A stretch of 63,449 bases of DNA, the filler included, from Folioceros fuciformis (Eukaryota), in NCBI GenBank assembly GCA_049999805.1. It is 6 parts of 6 records of this genome, joined end to end, with 100 filler letters (N's around TTAATTAATTAA, not from the genome) between each part and the next. Parts side by side here need not be neighbours in the genome. Positions count along the whole stretch, not along the records: positions 36,448 to 52,075 come from JBNGIO010005518.1; 5 more parts are not named here. The stretch is one strand, 5' to 3'. Positions 36,348 to 47,896 of the stretch are shown in pieces (positions within the stretch are counted from its first letter, which is position 1; every line of letters starts with the position of its first letter). The position numbers were made by a program, and so were the translations under genes. The notes beneath the pieces were generated by a model. It searched no databases, was not told the origin of the DNA, and saw only the letters and a program-made list of their open reading frames with translations.

Positions 36348-36447
36348 NNNNNNNNNNNNNNNNNNNNNNNNNNNNNNNNNNNNNNNNNNNNTTAATTAAT
36401 TAANNNNNNNNNNNNNNNNNNNNNNNNNNNNNNNNNNNNNNNNNNNN
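36348..36447. other. Artificial scaffold linker
   Basis: N44-TTAATTAATTAA-N44. Confidence 0.97.
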
Positions 36448-36844
36448 CAAGATGAGTCCGTTCTTGGCTGCCCACACAATGTTTCGAGCATTGCGGTACT
36501 TGGGAGGCAAAAACTTGACAACGACCATGGTGGGTGGCCCACGTCCCATGCGCTTGCAACCATAGGCAATTGACATCACTGCCTTGCCAAAATCAGCTCG
36601 ACCCATGCAATCACACATGTACTCCACAGCACATACGGCTCCGTTTGTACACAGTCCTTGGATTGCTCTCCTACTACTGCTCCTTGCTCCGCCTCTTGTG
36701 CTTGAGTGTTAGACATAAGGAAAGCTCACCAGTCTTTGCTCATCGTAAGCAAGCGAGCCCTCGTAGAGCCTGAGGTCCTTGCTAGGATCTTCTCCACAAG
36801 CTCGCAAGGTACCATGTTCCACAACTTTGGATCCAAGTCTACAT
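36448..36844 (-). pseudogene. F-box gene fragment with premature stop
   Basis: LDPKLWNMVPCELVEKILAR...ARLLTMSKDW* matches the F-box motif; the stop follows immediately. Confidence 0.55.
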
Positions 36845-38589
36845 NNNNNNNNNNNNNNNNNNNNNNNNNNNNNNNNNNNNNNNNNNNNNNNNNNNNNNNN
36901 NNNNNNNNNNNNNNNNNNNNNNNNNNNNNNNNNNNNNNNNNNNNCATGCGTTTGTATGACATACATATAGAACGAGAGCTCTCTCTAGCAAGTATACGAG
37001 TTTTCTGGAAGGACTCGAGGCCAAAATTTGTTTCCACTTGGATGTATGCAAGTCACAGCACTTGACCAATGCACAACCCCCTCCCTCTGAATACACCTCA
37101 TGCCCATCCATATCCACCTATTGCAAACCAACCAATGTTCCACTATTAATCACAAGACATGTTCTTACTTTCAATCATACAACCAAGACGTTATCATGTC
37201 ATAAGAAAATGATATGACTCTTATCCTCTCCTCCTCTACCTTGCTATATACTAAAGTCTTCATCACCTACACCTCTTCATTGGCCCTCTTACTCTCAACA
37301 TATATAAAGGAAGGCTTAGTATTATATCGATCATCTTTACACTTATTCGATATTGTAGTGAATAATACATATATCTCTATTTTACAACAAAACTAATAAT
37401 TATAGAAGATTTTTTTTTCTTCTTTGTTAATCGAATAAAATAACTCCCCCTAGTAGAGTAACATAAATCTAAGACAAAAGCTATGTTTAATAATGAAACT
37501 CAAAACTGTAAGACATATTTTCTTTCATAGAGGTGATAAGTTAATAAAATAACACTTCCTATACAAAAACTTTCTAAGATGCAATTAAAAGTTCATAAAT
37601 AAAGATTTGGAAGACAATTAGAATTGATAAACAACATGAATGATTGAATACTAAAACTAACCCAAGTAGCTTGTTTTCCTTCTAAAGAAGACCCTCTCTC
37701 CAAGTAACACTCCCTTGTCTGAAAGAGACCCTTCTTCCTAGTAACCATGCTTTCAGAGAAGATCCTTGTTGCTGACTTGTGAGACAAGGGGATAATAAAG
37801 ATTAGGAAGCTAGCCCTATATATAGAGATGCTTTTTCTTTTCTAATAGTAAACGCCTGAAATATACTAACCTAAATCTCTTTCCAAGGTAGGCTTTTATT
37901 ATTCTTAAAACTCATTACCTAAAACTAACTACCAAAAATATACTATCATACTATAGACGAACTTTCGTCTTAAGATGTAAGTCTTAAAACCTAAGTCAAT
38001 GTCAACTTCTATTAAAACATGCTATCCTAATATAGACTATCATTTTTCTACAGACCAAAATCTTAAAACGTAAGTTAGAGTTAACTACCATTGAAATATT
38101 GTAGTATAGGCTATTTTTCTCCTTCTGAGGAAATGTAAATCTNNNNNNNNNNNNNNNNNNNNNNNNNNNNNNNNNNNNNNNNNNNNNNNNNNNNNNNNNN
38201 NNNNNNNNNNNNNNNNNNNNNNNNNNNNNNNNNNNNNNNNNNCTATGTAGTTCTAAACTAGATCTATTTTAAAACTACCTATTTCTAAACAAGATTTATT
38301 TCAAAACTACATATTTCTAAACTAGACCTATTTCAAAATTACCAATTTCTAAACAAGATCTATATCAAAACTACTAATTTTTAAACTAGATCTAGAGCCC
38401 CTCATGCATAGTTATATGATAAAAAGTTTGCACTTCATTTGGAGTACATTATCAATGCGTAGATCCTCATGATAATTTAGGTACTAGACNNNNNNNNNNN
38501 NNNNNNNNNNNNNNNNNNNNNNNNNNNNNNNNNNNNNNNNNNNNNNNNNNNNNNNNNNNNNNNNNNNNNNNNNNNNNNNNNNNNNNNNN

Positions 38590-38893
38590 TAGACAATTTG
38601 AACAATAACTTTGGTACTAGGGTGTGATATTAAACAATTAGAGCAATAATTTTTGTAATAGGCACTAGACAATTTGAACAATAACTTTGGTACTAGGGTG
38701 TGATATTAAACAATTAGAGCAATAGTTTTTGTAATAGGCACTAAACAATTTGAACAATAACTTTGGTACTAGGGTGTGATATTAAACAATTAGAGCAATA
38801 GTTTTTGTAATAGGCACTAGACAATTTGAACAATAACTTTGGTGCTAGGGTGTGATATTAAACAATTAGAGCAATAGTTTTTGTAGTAGGCAC
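38590..38893. repeat. 76-bp AT-rich tandem repeat, 4 copies
   Basis: TAGACAATTTGAACAATAACTTTGGTACTAGGGTGTGATATTAAAC... with period 76. Confidence 0.92.
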
Positions 38894-39449
38894 TTTGAGC
38901 ACTTACATGTAGAACATAGTTTCCCAACTCAACCTACCTACTTAAGTAGGTATAGGGACACAACACTCGTATGCACATAGGTAAATACAGGTACACAACT
39001 CCCATAAGTACCTAAGTTAGTACGCATATATATTGCTTGTGTGGAGGGAGGCGAGAAGGTGTAGAGTCAGGCCCTTAGGTGTCAAAGAGTGGTGCCTTCT
39101 CTATATTCATTCAGGGTTATCATTAAGATTAGGGTTTTGGGTCGATGATTTAGTTCTCCAAGTATGATGGGCACCGAGCTGGAGTGCGATTCGGTCTAGA
39201 CAATTAGGAATTNNNNNNNNNNNNNNNNNNNNNNNNNNNNNNNNNNNNNNNNNNNNNNNNNNNNNNNNNNNNNNNNNNNNNNNNNNNNNNNNNNNNNNNN
39301 NNNNNNNNNNNNGTATCATTATCCTGTGGTTAGGAGTTTTAGGGAGTAGGGTACGAGCAAGTAGCTTTCGGAGCATGCTAAGGGGTCTTCTTTCTTAAGG
39401 CCTTTTGTTGCTACTATTTTCAGGCATGGATCCCACTTTGTTAGCTTTC

Positions 39450-41230
39450 ACCAAGGACACTCTTTCTCTTGTGTGTGGAAAACTATTCACTTCTCAAGAT
39501 GATAGAAATCATGCGAGTTTGATGCACAAGGATTTTGACCAGTTTACATGAGAGGCCCAACTTTGACAATCTTCTTATTCTTTGGTGTTCAGTAGGATCG
39601 CAAGCACGGGTAACCTTCATTCCCCTTCTTTGGCAATGGTTGACGGTTCCCCTTCTCTGGCAATGGTTGACAGTTTAATCGAATTGCCTCTTGACATTAT
39701 TTGTTCTCTGGCAATGGTTGACAGTTTAATCGAATTGCCTCTTGACATTATTTGAGGCGCGCTTCCTAAGATTGCGTCACTTTCGATGGCTCCTACAATG
39801 CCTTCATGATGAAGTTCACGGGAGGTAGGGGCAACTCTTTGCAATAACCCTTTCAATTAATGTCTCGTCAAATTTTTATTGCTTATATCGGTCTATGGTA
39901 GACGAGACTCATATTTTGGGGCTAGGAGATTGTGCAAGGGAAGCTTTTGAGCTTTTTTTCTCATAGTTAGCTTGCATTGGTTTGAAGGTGAAGATTTCCA
40001 AATACAAGGTTTGGTTGGCTTCCGTGTGATTGCCTNNNNNNNNNNNNNNNNNNNNNNNNNNNNNNNNNNNNNNNNNNNNNNNNNNNNNNNNNNNNNNNNN
40101 NNNNNNNNNNNNNNNNNNNNNNNNNNNNNNNNNNNCTTTCGGGGGGTAAAGTCACTTTCTCACAAGTTCTTCAAAATTTGGGGTCCTGATGGGCCTCTAG
40201 CCTTTGCTCAATGCTTTGTGGATATGACCATTGAGCAAGACCTAGCCCATGAAAAGACCTTACTAGTTTAGGGAACCCTCATGTGGCTTTCAGGATTCTC
40301 TCTTCGTGTTTTGTGTGTCGTCAAGTGTACCTTCTCCAGATAGTCCCCACTTTTTGACATTCCTAGCAAGTTTGAGAGTTTTGACAATAGAATGATGCAG
40401 GTTTTTGGTAGTATAATCGGCCGTGGTGCTTTCGAGTGTGACGCCAAGAATGTTCCAAGGCGACAAGTGTCTCTTCCTATCTTGCTTGAAGACATTGGCT
40501 TCCTAGCGACAAAGATATTGGGATTGGCGGCATTTCTTAAGAGTTGGGCTCTTTTGAATCCTATTTTGGCTTCTTGTTTTCTCATTCAAGATGTTTGCAT
40601 TTTGGAATCTTTTGTCCTTGGTGTTGAGGAGGGTGCCCTCCCTTTGCATATATCCCTAAGATCGGCTAGGGACTCTCTTTCTTATGTGGTTAGGGCTGCT
40701 ATGCCTCAATTTTTACCTCTTCTCGCAATGAGGATTCGAGGGCTCCAAGCTTCTCTTCTCCAGAAGAAATACAAGTAGGTGTAGCTCAGTCTTTTTCGGG
40801 ATTCTTCTATCCTTTGGCTTGTTTGGGTGCGGCTATGGTCGTGCTCAAGAAATGATGCAGTTCTTTGTTCTTGGCTTGACCTAGTATCCAAGCTTTCCAA
40901 ATTGCATGAGGCACATTCTCTTCTACGATGAAGTTTCACCTTCATTTGGTCCAACCTTTGGCATGCTCTCTCTCCTCTTGCAGCTGTAAAGCACTAATTA
41001 ACAACTCTGGTACTCATCTTGTCTGTTGCGCTCCTTTGGGGGTCAATGGATTGCTACGCACAATGCTGGGCATGATGTCATGGTTTTGTTGTCCAAGGAG
41101 GCTGGTTTTCTACCCTTTTCTACCTCTACTTAATAGTGTTTCTCTTCTGGTTGACATTTTTCTCATCTAGATAGAACAAGTTTGACCTGGTCATAACATA
41201 CCCAACACGAGTCTTGGTCTACATGTTGTT
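39450..41230 (+). mobile_element. Degenerate non-LTR retrotransposon with restriction-like endonuclease (CRE-like)
   Basis: In order: C2H2-like VCGKLFTS...H..MH; RT-like SMVDETHILG...AF...LACIGLKV; RQVSLPILLEDIGF...AAFLKSWAL; zinc knuckle CSC...GTHLVCC; GGQWIATHN; VDI/FDLVITYPTR. Many stops and frameshifts. Confidence 0.6.
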
Positions 41231-41281
41231 TTGAACTCGTCAGGTTAGGTGACAGAGGGAAGCGCAACAACCACTATTCAC

Positions 41282-41970
41282 AAGTACACCCCTTTATAAG
41301 CTAGACACACCTATACTCCCCTTACCATCGAGAACCATGGGGCCATGCGTAAGTACACCCCTTTATAAGCTAGATACACCTATACTCCCCTTGCCATCGA
41401 GAACCATGGGGCCATGCGAAAGGCGCGTTTTCCAAGTTTTTGAAGACTTGTACCAAGGTGGTTTATAATAGAAAAAATGGGCTTGGTCTTCATCTTTCAT
41501 ATGTTATAGCATTCTCTTCGAAAAAGGGTTTCCATTACACAAGTGTTGGCTAATGCTATACATAGGATGATGATAATGGTAGGAGAGGAGGCTANNNNNN
41601 NNNNGGCTAATGCTATACATAGGATGATGATAATGGTAGGAGAGGAGGCTAATGCTATACATAGGATGATGATAATGGTAGGAGAGGAGGCGTTAGTGAC
41701 TTGAATGGTAGGTAGACCCTTCCTTCTCCTAGAGAGAATGAATGGTAGGTAGACCCTTCCTTCTCCCAGAGAGAAGGCATCAATGACTCAAATGGCAGGT
41801 AGACCCTTCATCCTCCTAGAGAGGAGGCATCGGTGACTCAAATGGTAGGTAGAGGCTTCCTTCTTCCATAGAGGTAGATAGACTCTTCCTTTGCCCATAG
41901 AAGTAGGTAGACCCTTCCTTCTCCTAGAGGCAACATCAATGACTTTGAACGGTAGGTAGAGTCTTTTTTC
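41282..41970. repeat. Cluster of tandem/direct repeats (~69 bp x2, ~41 bp x2-3, degenerate AATGGTAGGTAGACCCTTCC units)
   Basis: Read directly from the sequence. Confidence 0.8.
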
Positions 41971-42510
41971 CTTAATCCAAACCATGATATCTTAAGTGCA
42001 ATTGATGATTATTAGATTTGATTGATAATTATTAGATTCTTTAGCTTCAGGAGTTAGCCCCAATGTCCAAGCCACCCTTGATCATTTATCTCCCTCTTTA
42101 GAAATGGATTTTTCTTATCTTGTTTTCTAAAATAAATAGAAAGTAATTTTTTTTTAAAATCAATTGAAGTTAGTTCGTTACCTCATTAGACTGGTTCGGA
42201 ATTTTTCTTCCTATCCTCAGAATTTCTTCAGGTGCAGAGTTTCTTCTAATGGAAACTCTTCGCGTGTCTACCCTAAACCCTTCTTCCGATGACTCTTCAG
42301 GTGTCTACCGGGTAACGCCCATGACACTTAAGGTGTCTCCCATGACAGTCCCGACATCTTCTTCAACAAGAAGCACTCGATTTGGTACAGAAAAGTTCGC
42401 CGAGTAGCATATTGCAAATGACCGCACTAGAGAATTCACCTAAGGAGCCTCAGCGAGCATTTGCAGATAAGGAGCTCTCACTGACGAGAGGCAGCATGGA
42501 ATTCTTCTTA

Positions 42511-45318
42511 TTATCCTACAACAAAACTGTGCACTTGACCCTGCATGTCTGCCCACCAGCTTTGGCCTGGCTGTTTCCAAGCCCTGGTTCTGCTTCTCCT
42601 AGCCTGCATCTCACGTGCCTGCTCCCACATCTCAGCACCCAAGTATATGTTCGACATCAAAACATAGGCTGCAGCGTCTTTCTTGTCTAGTTTTACTGCT
42701 TCATGGAAAGCGTAGCGTCCGATCTCCACGTTGCTCCACTTTTGGCAGGCACCCAAGAGAGTGTGCCAAATGGCAGCATTTGGCAGCACGGGCATTGATG
42801 TTACCAAACTCAGTGCCTTGTCCAAATGTCCTGCACGACCCAACAGGCCCACCAAGCATGTGTAGTGATCCACCGTGGGAGTGATGCCATATTGTCGGCT
42901 CATGGATTCAAAGTACTCTCGCCCCTTGTTCACTAGGCCTGTATGACTGCAGACTGTTAGTACGCTAAGGAATGTGACGTCATCTGGATGTATGCCATCC
43001 TCTCGCATTCTGAGAACCGAGTCAAAAGCCTTTTCACTGTCTCCTTGGCGGATGTATCCTGCAATCAGGGCGTTCCACAGGACAATGTCTCGCTCACGGA
43101 GTGCATCAAACACCTGCTTCGCATCTTCCATGCTGCCACAATTTCCATACATGATTATAAGACTGCGGGCTACAAGTGCGTCAGCTTGAAGTCGTTGTTC
43201 CTTAATTTGCGCATGAATCTGTCTTCCAATATGCAGAGCTGCTACACTTGAACAAGCGTGAAGTAGACACGTGAATATCCCGGTATTAGGTGCAACTAGA
43301 TCTTGTTCTTGCATAACCTTGTAAAGACGAAGGGCATCCTGTCCCATACCCTGTTGGGAATATCCTGCTATCACGGCACTCCATGTCACCAAATCCTTTT
43401 GAGGGAGCATATCAAACGCTCTTTCAGCATCTTCCAGACTGCCACATTTGGCATACATGTTTACCAAGCTGCTGCCTACAAACACATTGGCTTGCAGTCC
43501 TTGTTCTCTGATTTGCGCATGAAGTCGCTTTCCCTCCTCCAATGCAGCAGTGCCTACACCCGCACACGCCTGCAGGAGAGATACGAATGTCGTTGAATTG
43601 GGTGCAGCTAGACCTTCCTGTTGCATAGCAGTAAAAAGACGCAAGGCCTTCAGCCCCATGCCTTGCTGGGAATAACCTGCTATCATGGCATTCCACGTCA
43701 CCACATCTTTGCGGGGAAGTCTGTTAAACACATCCTGAGCATCCTCTATGCTTCCGCACTTTGCGAGCATGTTAACTAAGCTGTTGGCTACAAACAAGTC
43801 TGTCTCAAGCCCTTGTTGTCTAATTTGCGCATGAAGCTGCTTCCCATTCTCCAAAGCCGAGGTGCCTGCACTTGCACACGCCTTCAGGAGGCTCACGAAT
43901 GTCACAGAATTTGGTGCCGCCGTCCCTACTTCCTGCATAGCTCTATAAAGACTAAGGGCTTCCTGCCCCATGCCCTGCTGCGAATATCCTGCTATCATTG
44001 CACTCCACGTGACCACGTTCTTTTGACTAAGCTCGTTGAACACATCCCGAGCGTTCTCCAGGCTGCCACATTTTGCATACATGTCTACCAAGCTGCTGGC
44101 GACAAACTCGTCGGCTTCAAGCCCTTGTTCTTCGATTTGGACATGAAGCTGCTTCCCCATTTCCAAGGCTGCGTTGCCAACACTAGCACATGCCTGTAAT
44201 AGGCACACAAATGTCACAGAGTTTGGGGCAACGAGTCCTTCCTTTTGCATGGCCCTGTAAAGATCAAAGGCCTCCTCCCCCATGCCCTGCAGGGCATAGC
44301 CTCCTATCATGGCATTCCACGTCAGAATATTCTTTTTAACAATTCCATCAAACACAACCTTGGCATCCTCCAGGCTGCCACACTTAGCGTACATGTTGAC
44401 CAGGCTCCCAGCCACAACGATATCAGTCTGATGCCCCCGCTTTCTAATCTCTGCATGGAGATGTTTCCCCGTTTCCAAAGCCAGGGTGCCCAAACCTGCA
44501 CATGCCTGGAGGAGGGAGACAAAAGTCACGGAATTGGGTGCAGTCATGCCTTCCTGTAGCATAGAACCGTAAAGGCGAAGAGATTCCTCGCCAATGCCCT
44601 TCTGAGAATATCCTGCTATGATGGCATTCCAAGTCACCACATCTTTGTAAGGAATTCCGTCAAAAACTCTCCGAGCATCTTCCAAGCTGCCACACTTGGC
44701 ATACATGTCCACCAAGCAACTATAGACAAACAAATCAGGCTCGACGCCACTAGTCAACACATCAGCATGGACCTCCTGCCCAGATTTCAAGTCTGCTCCC
44801 CTCCCACAAGCCTGAAGAGCCGCCACAAACACATGCCCATTCGGCTTCACAGTTGAGCTGCGCATCCGACGGTACAGTTGTACAGCCTGCTCAGCTTGTC
44901 CTTGTTTAACATGTGCAGAGATTATTGCGGACCACGTGATGGCATCTGGTTTGGGAACCAGTCTGAACAGATCCACAGCTTCCTGCAACCTGGCATGGGA
45001 AGCATACATTCGAAGGATGTGATTGCACAAGAACGTGTCCGACTCATACCCCTTCCTCACGATCAGAGCGTGAACTCGGCGACCAAGAGGCAGATCCTTT
45101 TCAGTCACACATACTTTTAGGACCATATAGCAGGAATCTGTGGACACTTTACGGTCATCGTGCACCAGAATTCCAAGAGCCTCAACTGCTTCAGTGACCT
45201 GCCCATTGCTGCACAGTTTGCTCACTGTTTCCGGCGTCACGGTACTCCGGCATCCTGCAAGCCCACCATGATCCGCCACACTCGAGTTGGATGCAGGGAC
45301 ACAGGGAGCCATCTGCAT
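42511..45318 (-). CDS. PLS-class PPR RNA-editing factor with 23 PPRs, E1, E2 and WW-type PG box, no DYW domain; true start may be upstream (45546)
   Basis: Seven L-S-P triplets plus L2-S2, E1 and E2; ends PGQSWWADMQGQVHSFVVG*. Confidence 0.88.
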   Translation of the reverse strand: MQMAPCVPASNSSVADHGGLAGCRSTVTPETVSKLCSNGQVTEAVEALGILVHDDRKVSTDSCYMVLKVCVTEKDLPLGRRVHALIVRKGYESDTFLCNHILRMYASHARLQEAVDLFRLVPKPDAITWSAIISAHVKQGQAEQAVQLYRRMRSSTVKPNGHVFVAALQACGRGADLKSGQEVHADVLTSGVEPDLFVYSCLVDMYAKCGSLEDARRVFDGIPYKDVVTWNAIIAGYSQKGIGEESLRLYGSMLQEGMTAPNSVTFVSLLQACAGLGTLALETGKHLHAEIRKRGHQTDIVVAGSLVNMYAKCGSLEDAKVVFDGIVKKNILTWNAMIGGYALQGMGEEAFDLYRAMQKEGLVAPNSVTFVCLLQACASVGNAALEMGKQLHVQIEEQGLEADEFVASSLVDMYAKCGSLENARDVFNELSQKNVVTWSAMIAGYSQQGMGQEALSLYRAMQEVGTAAPNSVTFVSLLKACASAGTSALENGKQLHAQIRQQGLETDLFVANSLVNMLAKCGSIEDAQDVFNRLPRKDVVTWNAMIAGYSQQGMGLKALRLFTAMQQEGLAAPNSTTFVSLLQACAGVGTAALEEGKRLHAQIREQGLQANVFVGSSLVNMYAKCGSLEDAERAFDMLPQKDLVTWSAVIAGYSQQGMGQDALRLYKVMQEQDLVAPNTGIFTCLLHACSSVAALHIGRQIHAQIKEQRLQADALVARSLIIMYGNCGSMEDAKQVFDALRERDIVLWNALIAGYIRQGDSEKAFDSVLRMREDGIHPDDVTFLSVLTVCSHTGLVNKGREYFESMSRQYGITPTVDHYTCLVGLLGRAGHLDKALSLVTSMPVLPNAAIWHTLLGACQKWSNVEIGRYAFHEAVKLDKKDAAAYVLMSNIYLGAEMWEQAREMQARRSRTRAWKQPGQSWWADMQGQVHSFVVG

Positions 45319-45791
45319 ATCCCCGTGCCAAAAGCGTGTGTCATACCTATAAGAGACAGGTCCAGACAGAAATGTTGCGGGAAAAGCTCCCGATCCCAGC
45401 CACAATTCCTCCTAGAGGACGCATCAGCAGCTGCTAAACCTCGGGCACTGCCTGCTTCTCGAGCAAATGTGGTGCACCTCCCTGCTTCGTTGTTTGTGAC
45501 CGATCGAGTCCTTGAATTCAGCTCTGCCATGCCTTCGCAACTTCATCGTCCCGTAGGTGAAGCTAACGGTTGAAGGCAAGGGATAAATAACACAATCACC
45601 TACAGTTGTGTTATCAAGAAATGGTGACGAATTTATAAAAATCCGAAAATCTGGATGAAACGCTGCGATTTGAGACTTTCCATACATGTTCGATCAAGGA
45701 AAAGTCATCCCCCGTCGTTATTCAAACACCAGGGACCCAACCATTACTGCAGCCTGGGTCTCATGGGCGTGATGTAGAGGATGAAGGCTCG

Positions 45792-47595
45792 ATGTGGTCA
45801 ATTGCTTCCTCCCCCAGTCCTATCGGCAAGATGGTGGGGGGAGCGGAGGAGTACGCAGTTCTGGGCCACCACAGCCTGACCAAATGGACGTCCGTAGGGC
45901 TGTGCGCAAGCTTGGCAATCCTGTTCGTGCTGCTTCTGTATCTGTTACCAGTCATCCTCAATTTGCCGCCTCCGCGTCGTGTGGAGGAACACTTGCTGCG
46001 GCGGTTTGCATGTGCGCTCTTTGCATCTCTGCTTTCTGCTCTGGTTTCCGGGTCTTTCCTTCAGGTAAGCTTGCATTGCAGCTGGAAGGCTTGGTACGAA
46101 GATTGCATGTCGCTGTTCGGAGATGAAGTCGTTGAAGATCTTGTATCTGGCTGTTTCCGCCCTTGTTGTTGTGCAGTGGGAAGGAAACTGGAGGACAGGC
46201 CTGGTCACGAAGCTGGGGGCTTTCGGGTTGCGGCTTGACAATTTGGTGAGAAGGACGGGTGTTGCGTCGTAGTGTAGCGTGGGTTTTCTGACCTAAAGGC
46301 CAGGGCTTTAGGTTCTCTGCAACCTTATGGATGTCATACTGTCGGTTCCAGATGATACACTTTCGCGCCTAATGCAGGGCCCTTCATGTCATGAAATAGG
46401 GGCAGGCAGTAATTTTTCCTCTCCTTCTGACCATCATCCTGTACCTGGGCCCGCTAGTGATGACCGTCGTTGATGAACGTTGTGAGGTTTATCCAGCAGA
46501 GTCTTTCAGGGGCCCCCTTGCTTGGCTAGGAAGCACTTGCTCAAACCTCCTTATTGGCCTGAGGTACAGCGTGACAGATGTGACATGGTGGAGAAATTAT
46601 GTGGTGGTAGGTATTTCCGTCCATTGCTGTTGTACATGGTGTAGGCTGCTCTCAGTTTCGGTTTTCAGTAGACTTTGTTGGGCCGCTTGTAGGCACCGCT
46701 TTCGGAGGAGTTTGTGTTCCGAGCGTGCATGATCCCGCTCTTGCTGTGTGGCGGCTTTTCCACTCTTGTCATCATTTTTCTGTGCCCACTTTTCTTCAGC
46801 TCAGGTGAAACTCTCTGTCTGTTGCGCACACTAGTGGGTGACATTTGCAGAGTGGATGACAGGGGCTCCTTGTTGTGTTCCATTCCTGCAGCTCATTTGC
46901 ATCATTTTGGAGAGCTAGTATATAAGCAGAGATACACAAAAGGAGATGCTGCTCTCATAACTGGTGGGTCTCGGTTTGTAGAAGCTCGGGTCAATTCCAG
47001 TAATCCAGCCTGCTGTAGCCGACCTATAACGGGTTAATTCAGGAAAAGGATCAGGCAGAAGTGATGCCGTCCTCAGTTGGTGGACCTTAACCTCCGTGAT
47101 CCTTTCTGCAGCCGTTCAGTTTGTTTACACCAATGTCTTTGGCTGGTATGCCACGTTCTGGTACCTAAGAACAGGTGACTAGGATTGTTTCCGTCTCTCT
47201 TCCCAGTTTCTTCAGTCGTACCAAGACTTATTTGCAGGTAAGCCCTGTTAACTGGTGTGGTCCGTAGGGCATCTCCTTGCACCGGTGGTGGCACACGTGT
47301 TTTGTAATTTCATGGGTGTACCAGACTTGGCGGGTGGTCTGTGCTCAAGAAATAAGGGTAGGTTCCTGTCTCTTGACCTCACCCGTTTCCATGCCATGGC
47401 AGGGTGTATACATTCTTAATTTGGTCCTCTCTTTTTGGTTCTGCAGTGGTCCCAATTTCCTTCGTAGCAGGTCTAGGGTGCTTTGCGCTTTTGCTTGGTC
47501 CCGCCACTACACCAACTTTGTACAACGGAGCAGTGCAGGAATGCCGATGTTGGCTTGGTTATTGTAGGTATTTGATTGAATATTCAACTCCTTGA
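45792..47595 (+). CDS. RCE1: CAAX prenyl protease 2 (Rce1/FACE2), ~8 exons; 3' end approximate
   Basis: [38 protein letters not shown] and [19 protein letters not shown], joined across in-phase GT-AG introns. Confidence 0.9.
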
Positions 47596-47896
47596 TTATG
47601 TATACATGCCTTTTATCTGCACCCTTATCCTAGATGTATTGACCCACGTAATAGGATGGCGGATAACAAAGCCCGGCCTGTTTGGCCGTCAAATTCATTT
47701 CGACTAATACAGGATCATCATTGTCACTATCGATCTTCTCACCACGAGTTCCGATCCATAGATAATTACGCAGTGCATATTCTCTTTCCCACAAACGATC
47801 TCTTCTGTTCCTGTTGTGTACAAAAGTTGCGGACAAAGATCCTCACAGACGTTGAAGAAAAAATGACTTTACACAGTGTCGCCCCTAGGAGACCGT

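Noticed and set aside
42340..42510. CRDCH on the minus strand after the PPR stop, as a DYW CxxCH relic
   Set aside because: It is too close to the PG box and there is no HSE/KLA or NLRV context; probably chance.
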